IMG/VR virus record: IMGVR_UViG_3300042922_000643
Span: 186,001-250,000 of that record
DNA length: 64,000 nucleotides
Direction: 5' to 3' (one strand)
Positions 55,630-64,000 of the stretch are shown piece by piece. The notes beneath the pieces are model-generated. The model did no database searches. It was given only the letters and a program-made list of their open reading frames with translations, and had not been told where the DNA came from. How positions within the stretch are numbered: position 1 is the stretch's first letter; every line of letters starts with the position of its first letter. The translations under genes were made by a program, and so were the position numbers.

Positions 55630-57789
55630 ATGAGAACGTTAGTCCTTACTCGTGGTATAATGGCTTCTTCAAAATCAACATGGATTGCTGAAAATGGTCT
55701 TGCACCTTTTACTTTATCTAGTGATAACTTGCGTCTACTCCATTCTGCTCCACAGCTTCAAGAAGATGGCAAGCAGGTAATAGCGGGATCGCAAGAAGGT
55801 AAGATCTGGAAACTTTTATTTGAAGTTTTGGAGCGACGTATGCAAAACGGCGATTTTACCGTCATTGATGCAACACATATTACTTCGAGTTCCATTTCTG
55901 AGTATCGTGAACTGGCTAATAAATATCGTTATCGCGTGTTTGTAGTGGATTTTACTAATGTTCCTTTGGAAATAGCTTTAGAGCGGAATAAAAATCGTGA
56001 AGAATATAAGTATGTTCCAGAACATAAGATTGAAATAGCTTATGCTAAGCTTTCAGAAAATCATGTGCCTTCTTATGCGAAAGTTATTAAACCAGAAGAA
56101 TTCTGGGATCATGTTTCATATACAAAAATTGATTACAGCTCTTATCGCAAAATTCATCATATCGGGGATGTTCATGGATGCTACAGTGCATTAATGACTT
56201 ACCTTTCAGGCGAAATGAAGGAAGACGAGTTGTATATTTTTGTTGGTGATTATCTAGACCGCGGCATTCAGAACCGCGAAGTTTTAGAATTCCTCATTCA
56301 GATTAAAGACCTTCCAAATGTTATTCTTCTTGAAGGTAATCATGAAACTCATCTTCGCAAATGGTCAATGGATGAAACCGTTAAAAGTTTAGCATTCAAC
56401 CACTATACCGAAAAAGAGATTCATGATGTTAATAAGTCCGCTGTTCGTGAACTGTGCAGAAAGTTCAGACAGGTTTGTTATTATGAATATTACGGCAAAA
56501 CAGTGCTCGTCACTCATGGAGGCTTATCCTGCATTCCAAACGAACTTGCTTTGATCTCGACTTCTCAATTTATTAAAGGAGTAGGAAATTATGAAGTTGA
56601 TATTGATGCTATTTTCTCGGCTTCTGAACAAGATGGAACGTACCAGGTCCATGGTCATCGCAACATCTTCAGACTGCCTATGCAAGCCGCTGAGCGTTCT
56701 TTTAACCTGGAGGGTAGAGTTGAATCAGGAGGAGACTTAAGGGCTCTTACACTAACTCCTGAGGGGTTTCAAGAGCATTGTATCCAGAATCATGTTTTTA
56801 CAACAGAACATTCTCCAATGCCTCCCGTTGTAGGTTCCAAAACAACTACAGACAATTTCATTGAATACCTTCAGTCACACAAAATGGTTAAAGAAACACA
56901 GATAACTGATCATATTTCATCTTTTAACTTTACACGTAAAGCATTCAATAATGGCGTTTGGGATACGCTTAACATCAAGGCTCGCGGCCTTTTTGTGAAT
57001 AAGCATACTCGAAAGATCGTTAGCCGATCTTATGATAAGTTTTTTAATATTGACGAAGTTCCAGCTACAAAGATGGGAACATTAGCCAATACCCTGGAAT
57101 TTCCTGTGATTTTGTCAGAAAAACCGAATGGATACCTAGGTATTATCGGGTATGATGAGGAGACAGATGAACTGATCTACTCTTCCAAGTCTGAAACTCG
57201 TGGTACTTATGCGGTATCATTCAGAAAACTTTTCGAAGAAAAAGTTCCTGTTGAAATACGTGCTTGGCTTAAAGGATATCTTTACGGAAATGACGTGTCG
57301 ATAACTTTTGAGGTTATTCTTCCACAAGAAGATCCACACATCATAGAATATAAAGAGAATACTTTGATCTTACTCGATATTATCCAGCGAAATGTTCAGT
57401 TCCAAAAGAGATCTTATTCCGAGGTTGTTGAGCTCGCAATGAATCTTCTTCTTCCATATCGTAAAATCAAATATGTCTTCCATAACTGGTTAAGTTTCTA
57501 TCACTGGTATCAAAACGCATCTCAAGATTATTCTGTTAAAGAAGAAGGGTATGTCCTTGAAGATAATTCAGGTTTTATGACAAAGATAAAATTACCGTAC
57601 TATCTTTTCTGGAAGCAAATGCGTACAGCAAAATTCCAGGTGAAGATGGAGGGCTATATGCTTCCTCAGTGGTTGCCGCCAATTCCTGACGATCTTAAAA
57701 ATTTCGTTGGGTGGGCTAAACAGCAAGATCAGGAGTATTTGAAACGCGTGGATGTTATCCAGTTGCGTACAGATTACGAGGGCTCTTAA
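55630..57789 (+). CDS. polynucleotide 5'-kinase / metallophosphoesterase / RNA ligase fusion (Pnkp-like RNA repair enzyme)
   Basis: P-loop-like RGIMASSKST and DATH; phosphoesterase GDVHG, GDYLDRG, GNHE, THGG, HGH; ligase KARGLF, EKPNG, EEGYV, KIK; start taken at ATG 55630. Confidence 0.88.
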   Translation: MRTLVLTRGIMASSKSTWIAENGLAPFTLSSDNLRLLHSAPQLQEDGKQVIAGSQEGKIWKLLFEVLERRMQNGDFTVIDATHITSSSISEYRELANKYRYRVFVVDFTNVPLEIALERNKNREEYKYVPEHKIEIAYAKLSENHVPSYAKVIKPEEFWDHVSYTKIDYSSYRKIHHIGDVHGCYSALMTYLSGEMKEDELYIFVGDYLDRGIQNREVLEFLIQIKDLPNVILLEGNHETHLRKWSMDETVKSLAFNHYTEKEIHDVNKSAVRELCRKFRQVCYYEYYGKTVLVTHGGLSCIPNELALISTSQFIKGVGNYEVDIDAIFSASEQDGTYQVHGHRNIFRLPMQAAERSFNLEGRVESGGDLRALTLTPEGFQEHCIQNHVFTTEHSPMPPVVGSKTTTDNFIEYLQSHKMVKETQITDHISSFNFTRKAFNNGVWDTLNIKARGLFVNKHTRKIVSRSYDKFFNIDEVPATKMGTLANTLEFPVILSEKPNGYLGIIGYDEETDELIYSSKSETRGTYAVSFRKLFEEKVPVEIRAWLKGYLYGNDVSITFEVILPQEDPHIIEYKENTLILLDIIQRNVQFQKRSYSEVVELAMNLLLPYRKIKYVFHNWLSFYHWYQNASQDYSVKEEGYVLEDNSGFMTKIKLPYYLFWKQMRTAKFQVKMEGYMLPQWLPPIPDDLKNFVGWAKQQDQEYLKRVDVIQLRTDYEGS

Positions 57790-57816
57790 GAGCCCTTTCT
57801 CTTAGGAGGTGAGACC

Positions 57817-58236
57817 ATGTCATATCATTACTATACAACCTCAACAACTTCGACAACTTATAGTGGTTATTACAATACAAGTCAAAGAAAGAAAGCTGCT
57901 AAAAAACACAGACCCTTATCAGAAGAGTCAGAATTACTATCCATCATGATATCCGACAAATTAAAAAGGAATAAGGAAGTATTCATAAGCCTTAAAATGG
58001 ATACCCGTATTTTAAGGGATTTGAATAGGGTCTCTGGGGGTACGATAAATCAGACAACTGTTTTAAAAGTACTCGGTGTTTACGTGAGTTCCTTTGGAAA
58101 TCATAGCGTTATTACTCAGCATCCTGACATTTTAGCAGGAAGAGATATTAAAATATCTTTTTGTGATTTGGAACCAAAATTTGTAAATGAATTCGATACG
58201 GAAGATATGTTAATCATACTTCCTGATTTTGAATGA
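57817..58236 (+). CDS. small protein with C-terminal motif variant
   Basis: ends FDTEDMLIILPDFE. Confidence 0.65.
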   Translation: MSYHYYTTSTTSTTYSGYYNTSQRKKAAKKHRPLSEESELLSIMISDKLKRNKEVFISLKMDTRILRDLNRVSGGTINQTTVLKVLGVYVSSFGNHSVITQHPDILAGRDIKISFCDLEPKFVNEFDTEDMLIILPDFE

Positions 58237-58241
58237 AGAAT

Positions 58242-58362
58242 CGCCTAATCAAAAGAGCATACTTATTATACGAACTGATTTGCCTGCCCTCGATGGAGGG
58301 TCGCTGACAGTAAGTCGTTGTGCTTACCTGTTCCGAAGTAAGTATGTTCCTTTGATTAGGCG
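58242..58362 (+). ncRNA. RNA cassette A
   Basis: ~24-bp stem 58242-58266/58338-58362; TATACG 58267-58272; CCGAA 58333-58337. Confidence 0.8.
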
Positions 58363-58721
58363 CATATGAGACATCTTTACTCATGCTGTTAAGAGATGGC
58401 AGCCTTCTCGTAGGTCTATCCTCCGAGGAGTACGAATCGGCTTCGTATCGCGTGTTATGTGAACAAGTCGGCTGGCGTGGTGTGCTGGCTTAATTGAATA
58501 CCCCAAGTTGCCACATGCGTAAAGAAAGATCTGAGAACCTAATCACGGTGAGGTTATAAGGACCTAGAGCCATACTTGAGCTAATCCCAGGGAACGTAAT
58601 TCGAGACGGAAGTATGGAGAGAGCGATCTCCAGAACCCAAGATCGTAAATCGTAGACGGACGAGGCCATGTCATTACTCAATGTGGTCCTGAATCCTTGC
58701 CAAAAAACTTTTTCGCTGATG

Positions 58722-58795
58722 ACAAGATTAACTCAGTTGGTAGAGTAGCCGCCATTATTGGAGGTCAGTCGCAGGTTCAAGTCCTGCATCTTGAA
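58722..58795 (+). ncRNA. tRNA-like RNA without a canonical anticodon loop
   Basis: D-arm ACTC-AGTTGGTA-GAGT; T-arm GCAGG-TTCAAGT-CCTGC; 6-bp acceptor; anticodon arm closes on a 4-nt TTAT loop; no CCA. Confidence 0.7.
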
Positions 58796-58817
58796 AGTGG
58801 CGAAACATAAGTCAGTA

Positions 58818-58896
58818 TTCCGCAGGTATAGCTCAGAGGTAGAGCGGGGCCAGGTTGCTGGTCATGTCGCGGGTTCGATCCCCGTTATCCGTGGAA
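58818..58896 (+). ncRNA. tRNA-like RNA, apparently tRNA-Asn-derived, without a canonical anticodon loop
   Basis: D-arm GCTC-AGAGGTA-GAGC; T-arm GCGGG-TTCGATC-CCCGT; arm GGCCAG-GTTG-CTGGTC; extended ~11-bp acceptor; no CCA. Confidence 0.7.
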
Positions 58897-59029
58897 TGCT
58901 GATGCTTTTAAAAAATTTACAGCAAGAGGTATTTTCTTCTTGTTTTCTTGCCAATTATTGTTTATATTATCTATAGTGAAAATGTAGATAATATCTGGGC
59001 AGGAAAGTAAACCAAGGAGCTGACACATT

Positions 59030-59449
59030 ATGATTAAGAGATTGCGACCTTTTGTAACTTCTTTCAGCGAAGCCATCATGTCCCAGCACACACATGGGGA
59101 AGAGGTATGCGTTGGTGGAGAAGTTAAACATGTGCTCGACGGCTCCCTATTCCTGAGTGAAAAGGATATGGAAGACACAAATAAGGACCCAGGCGTTTAC
59201 TTGAAACTAGACGACGGGGTTGGCTTTAATTATATCGTAGCACCTAAAATCGTTTGCGAACGGTTTGAAAAGGAACATGGTCCCTTACAAGGAGCTGTTG
59301 TCCTTGCCGTTGGCAAAATAATGGAGCTCGACATGAGGCAGGAGAAAAAAAGAAATGTTACGTTTACGGACCATCCAGAAAAGACCAAGCGCGTGGCTGC
59401 GTACTATCTCGGCCTTGTCCCTGAGCTTAATGAAGAAACTGGTGATTAA
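59030..59449 (+). CDS. stand-alone OB-fold protein resembling the DnaE C-terminal OB domain
   Basis: GEEVCVGGEV...YLKLDDGVG..YIV aligns by eye with GDRFDTAGII...FVDLDTIEG..IV of the downstream DnaE. Confidence 0.5.
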   Translation: MIKRLRPFVTSFSEAIMSQHTHGEEVCVGGEVKHVLDGSLFLSEKDMEDTNKDPGVYLKLDDGVGFNYIVAPKIVCERFEKEHGPLQGAVVLAVGKIMELDMRQEKKRNVTFTDHPEKTKRVAAYYLGLVPELNEETGD

Positions 59450-59481
59450 GGAGGGGTATTCCTCTCCTTGATTATTGGTTG

Positions 59482-59595
59482 TATAGATATTAAAAGAAGC
59501 TTTGATTTATACGCGAATGACTGCTGATGCCTCCCGATGCGAGGTTTGAGACGTCGATAATTTGCCGAAGATCAAGGCTTCTTTTAGTATCTATA
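59482..59595 (+). ncRNA. RNA cassette B
   Basis: 25-bp stem with two G-U; TATACG 59508-59513; CCGAA 59565-59569. Confidence 0.8.
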
Positions 59596-59609
59596 TCCAT
59601 GTTGTTTCC

Positions 59610-59717
59610 TTGAAGGAAAAGAGAAGCTATACGTAGGCCGTATACTAGAGGCAATTCGTCCACCGTTGGTAGCGGGAGTATATATCTTTATCTGCCGAAA
59701 CTTTTCTTTTCCTTCAA
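59610..59717 (+). ncRNA. RNA cassette C
   Basis: 17-bp stem with one G-U; TATACG 59628-59633; CCGAA 59695-59699. Confidence 0.8.
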
Positions 59718-59734
59718 CAAAATAATATGATATC

Positions 59735-62348
59735 ATGAGCTTATCTAGGGAAAAGGAAGTGATAGTTTACGTGACCTCGACGCAAGATTTATCTTTAGCC
59801 GCTGCGAAAGAAGAGCGGGGAGTCAGTTCACAACGCTTTACGCATCTTCATCTGCACACACCAGGTAGTTTGCTAGATGGATTTTGTCGTATAGCTGATC
59901 TAGTAAAACTCGCTAAAGAATTTGGTATGGACGCCGTGGGTATTAGTGACCATGGAAATTGCCATTCTCATGTCGAGTTTTTTCAAGCTTGTAAAGAAGC
60001 AGGAATTAAACCAATTATGGGTATGGAAGGTTATATTACGCCTCACCGTAGTTGGAAAAAACCTGAGTTTACAGCCAAGCATTACAAAAAGCTTTCCTAT
60101 CGTTATCGCACTAAAGCAGAGATGCAAGAAGACGGCGCGGAACAAATCGTTATGGATGGCAAGAATCTCGTTCCTAATGAGATCATTGATGCCTATCTCC
60201 GTAGTGAATTGGCAAGCCTAAACCGTTTGATTAAAGATGAGAGAGAAAACGGTAATGATCCAGAGCTGTTGAAGGATTTGTACGCGGCCAAGGATGATAC
60301 TCGTATCTCAATCAATGCTTTGATCAGCTCAGGAGATCTTATTTATTCAGCGGTTCCTTCTCTAGCGACAGCAAATCTTTTTGAAATGCGGCCGAAGACG
60401 GCACATCTTTTAATGATTGCACGAACGAACGAAGGATATCAGAATCTGCTTAAAATCACCAGTATTGCTCAGCTTGAGGGTGTTTATTACAAACCACGTG
60501 CTGATTATAAGTTAATTAAACAGTATGGGAAAGGCATCATTGCTACTAGTGCGTGTCTTGGCGGAGAAATCCCTCAGCTTATTCGTAAAGGGAAAGAAAG
60601 ACTCGCTAAGAACATTGCACGGTTTTACCAAAGCTGCTTCGATGAGTTTTACTTTGAGCTACAACCAAGCCATTTGGAAGAGCAACACTATGTAAATGAA
60701 GTCCTGATCCGCTGGAGCGAAGAAATGGATATTCCGCTCGTTGCGACTTCAGATGCTCATATGCTGCGTCCAGAAGACCTGCCTATTCACTCCGCATTAA
60801 CCAAGATTGGTAAAGCCCAAGATGATGCGGATATCAACGTTTATGAAAGCTGTTACTTCAAAAGCGCAGATGAAATGCTAGAAGGCGGAATGCCTGTAAT
60901 TGCACTAGAGAATGCGTATCTCATTTCTCAGAAGTGTAATGTTGAGCTTCCCCTCGGTAGAATTCACCTGCCTAGATTCACAGTTCCACCCGAGTATACA
61001 TCAGACACCTACCTTTTAGAGCTTACAGACAATGCTTTGTTCCAGATGGCGCTCGAAAAGGATATTGATATCACCGTATATAAAGATCGTTTGAAGGAAG
61101 AACTTCTCGTTATCTTCGAGAAAGGATTTTCTGATTACTTTCTTATCGTTTGGGACTATATTGCTTTTGCGCGGCGTCAAGGCATTCTAGTAGGACCAGG
61201 CCGCGGTAGTGCAGGAGGTTCTCTTGTTGCCTATCTGCTGAAAATCACCAATATTGACCCTATCAAGTATGATCTTCTCTTCGAACGGTTCCTTGACCCT
61301 TCGCGTATGGACTTGCCCGATATTGACAGTGACTTTGATTATGTACGAAGACACGAGGTTGTTGAATATATCGCTGGAAAATATGGTCAAGATCATGTAG
61401 CTCAAGTTATTACATTCGGGTCTCTATCTTCAAAAGCGGCATTCAAAGACGTGGGCCGTATTTTAGGTATTGACCATAATATTATTAACACAATGAATAA
61501 ACTAATTCCTGTTGTCTTTGGAAAGCCTTATGGCATTGACAAGGCCTTAGAAGAAGTCGAAGAATTAAGGGAGTATGAAAGACGCTATCCTGAAATGTTC
61601 GATCTTGCTCGAAAAGTTCATTCCCTGCCTCGGTCTACAGGTATTCATGCTTGTGCTCTTGTTATTACACCAGAGCCTATTGAGGAAATGGTACCCTTGA
61701 TCAAGGGAAAAGCAGGAGAAATCGTTACCCAGTACGACGGCCCTACATTAGCGGAACAGTACGGTATCCTCAAGGTTGACTTGTTGGGACTGAAAAACCT
61801 ATCTGTCATTGATATCGCCCGTAAGCTTGTCCTAGAGCGATATGACCGCGATATCGATCCTGATACATTAGAGTTTGATGATCCGCGCGTATTCAAGACT
61901 ATTCAACAGGGGCACACGGCGGGGCTCTTCCAAATTGAGAGCAGCGGGATGACCAAAATGTTTCAAAGTCTAAACCGCGTTACATTCGATGACCTTGTAG
62001 CAGGAATAGCTTTATACCGTCCAGGCCCAATGCAGCATATTCCCGACTACTGTGCTCGTGCAAATGGATACACAGAGGTAACTTATCCATGTGAAGAACT
62101 GCGTCCTGTGCTAGAAAAAACGCATGGTATTGCCGTCTATCAAGAATCTATCATGGCAATGTCCAGAGTTATGGCGGGATACACAAAAGCTGAGACTACT
62201 AAGCTGCGTAAAGCGATTTCCAAGAAAAAAGAAGAGGTTATGCGTCCAGCCTTGGATGAGCTTTTCAAACGAGTCACGATGAATGGCCACTCGGAAGAAT
62301 TGGCAAAGAAAATCATCGACATCATCGAGCCTTTCGTAGGCTATGCGT
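59735..62348 (+). CDS. dnaE: DNA polymerase III alpha subunit, exon 1
   Basis: PHP HLHLHT..SLLDG, SDHG, GRGSAGGSLVAY, FERFL, PDIDSDF, KVDLLGLKNL, ALYRPGPM; true start may be GTG 59771. Confidence 0.95.
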
Positions 62349-62818
62349 TAATAGATGAACGGAAGTGTTCATGAGCGCCCTTGGCGAGCAATCGCCATTG
62401 AATAACTAGGTGAATTTAGGGGAGTCCTGGAGCAACAGTCGTGAGACAGATGTATGGTGACCCTAAGCGAAGTTTTGTGTAGATGGTGGCGGAATAGGTA
62501 GACGATAGGTCGGCTTAGTAGGTTTGGGTTGTGGTTCGAATCCACGATGCGCAATACGCGTAGACGCCGTGACGGTAAAAACCTGGCTATGTGAGGTGCA
62601 AATCCTCACCCACTATACAAAAAACGTTCAACGACTATTCTTGAAATGGCCATGAGAATTGGCAACAGAAGTAGGGCCTATGCTTATAAAGATAGGCGGG
62701 TGAGAGTCCCTTAATCCGAAGCGCCTAGCATCCTCAGAACTTTGGGGATGGTGATATAGTCTACTCCCTCTCTGCTCGACAGAGAATTCAAAATATGGGG
62801 AAACCCAGGGTGAGATGG
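62349..62818 (+). ncRNA. group I self-splicing intron (IA-like core, no endonuclease ORF)
   Basis: removal restores GYAFNKSHSVAY; exon ends in U, intron ends in G; P7 strands GACTA 62633-62637 and TAGTC 62757-62761 within TCAACGACTA and GATATAGTC. Confidence 0.9.
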
Positions 62819-63750
62819 TTAACAAATCCCACAGTGTAGCATATGCTATCGTCTGCTACATGACCGCTTACTTTAAAACATATTACCCTTTGGAGTTTAT
62901 GGCGGCGTTGTTAACAGTATTTGGTAGTAATGTTAAGAAAGCAGTCCCTTATATCGCTGAATGCAAACGTATGGGATTCGAAGTATTGCCACCCGATGTA
63001 AACAAATCGGGATACGGTTTCGTAATCGAAGGCACAAATCTTCGTTTTGGCTTGAACAGCTTAAAAGGTCTTGGTGAAGTTGCGCTTGAACGCATTATAG
63101 AAGAGCGTCCTTTTGTAGATCTGGAAGATGCGATCAAACGAGTTCCGAAGAAGTTCTTGAACAAACGCGTCGTCGATGTGCTTAGCCTTTGCGGAGCCTT
63201 TGATGATCTTGCGAATGAAAAGAATCGGATGAAAATCGTTGAGAAAGCATATAAACTTCGTGGAGAGAAGAAATTTGATCTCACAAGTTTTATTGAAAAC
63301 TTCGATCAAAAGGCTAAGCTTGATCATGAGAAAGCTATTCTAGGCGTCTACGTCAGTGGTCACCCACTAGATGGCTACGCTACCGCTGTCGGGCCTTGGC
63401 TTGAAAAGTCTGAAGGGGATCGATTCGATACCGCGGGAATTATTGCCGAATTCAACGTGATTAAAACCAAGAAAGGTGATGAAATGGCCTTTGTAGATTT
63501 GGATACTATCGAAGGTCTGCAAACTATTGTCATCTTCCCTCAGCAGTATTCGTCCATTCGTGGCCAGCTTGTTGAGGAACTGATCATGAAGATTACGGTT
63601 CAAGTCGAATACAATGCTGTGCGCGGCGAACGTAATTACATCGCCAAGAAGATCACGATTCCGAAGAAGATCAATAAGGGACTTTATATCCCGAAAGCTG
63701 CTTTGGAAGAAGAAGACACTACCAGTGAATATGAACAATGGGCACAATAG
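62819..63750 (+). CDS. dnaE: DNA polymerase III alpha subunit, exon 2
   Basis: NKSHSVAY, YFKTYYPLEFMAALL, LPPDVNKS, FGLNSLKGLG, C-terminal OB fold. Confidence 0.95.
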
Positions 63751-63927
63751 GGAGGTGATGTAAGTGCTGACTGAATTTGAGAAAGAATTGCTTATAGAAA
63801 TACTCAACCATCAGATTAGCTGGCGCTTGCATAATCGCTCCCGCATGAATCAAATCTATGATCTTCGTCAGATCAAGAAGAAAATTGAGGAAATGCCAAC
63901 GGAGTGACATATCTCACAAAGTCAATA

Positions 63928-63956
63928 TTGAAATAAAAGTTTCTATCGTGTACAAT
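63928..63956 (+). promoter_or_regulatory. sigmaA-type promoter
   Basis: TTGAAA, 17-nt spacer, TACAAT. Confidence 0.65.
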
Positions 63957-64000
63957 ATACTTCACAAGGAGCGTTCCTGCTATGGACGCTCCCTTTCTTT

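Noticed and set aside
11800-58236. Diversity-generating retroelement as the source of the paralog families
   Set aside because: No reverse transcriptase and no template/variable repeat pair with adenine-specific differences; paralogs are diverged throughout
58716-58813. Possible hammerhead (CTGATGA ... GAAA ... GTC) wrapped around the first tRNA mimic
   Set aside because: Stem I cannot form and stem III is only 2 bp
58722-58896. Functional tRNA genes
   Set aside because: No 7-nt anticodon loop with U33 and no CCA; reported as tRNA mimics instead
62349-62818. Homing endonuclease or intein in dnaE
   Set aside because: No sizeable ORF in the intron; stop codon in frame; RNA core motifs indicate a group I intron

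Overview
Gene-dense window with essentially all credible genes on the + strand. It is most likely part of a large phage of a spore-forming Bacillota host (Paenibacillus/Brevibacillus/Bacillus-like). Support: strong GGAGG ribosome-binding sites (RBS), sigmaA-type promoters, SpoVS, a sporulation/SigB-type sigma factor and an Apyc1-like enzyme. No virion, integrase or rRNA genes were seen. Recognisable genes include DNA polymerase III alpha split by a group I intron, a fused polynucleotide kinase/phosphatase/RNA ligase, Apyc1-like, macro, NUDT16-like Nudix, AAA ATPase, J-domain, HIRAN, LysM and three IDEAL-domain proteins. Four things stand out. (1) A PRTRC-like ubiquitin-type operon (tandem di-Ubl precursor, E2-like, JAB, E1/ThiF). 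(2) About 29 small proteins from many unrelated families that share a C-terminal N-x6-L-x-[DE] helix motif. (3) A dispersed family of nine intergenic RNA cassettes, each with a long but sequence-unrelated outer stem and a conserved TATACG...CCGAA junction. (4) A ~900-nt structured non-coding region with alternately oriented CAGCTTGAAG repeats behind a DIP1984-like gene. Also present: two tRNA mimics without canonical anticodon loops, a tRNA-Leu-like elbow inside the intron and a type II hammerhead candidate. All family assignments come from motif recognition by eye; no searches were run.
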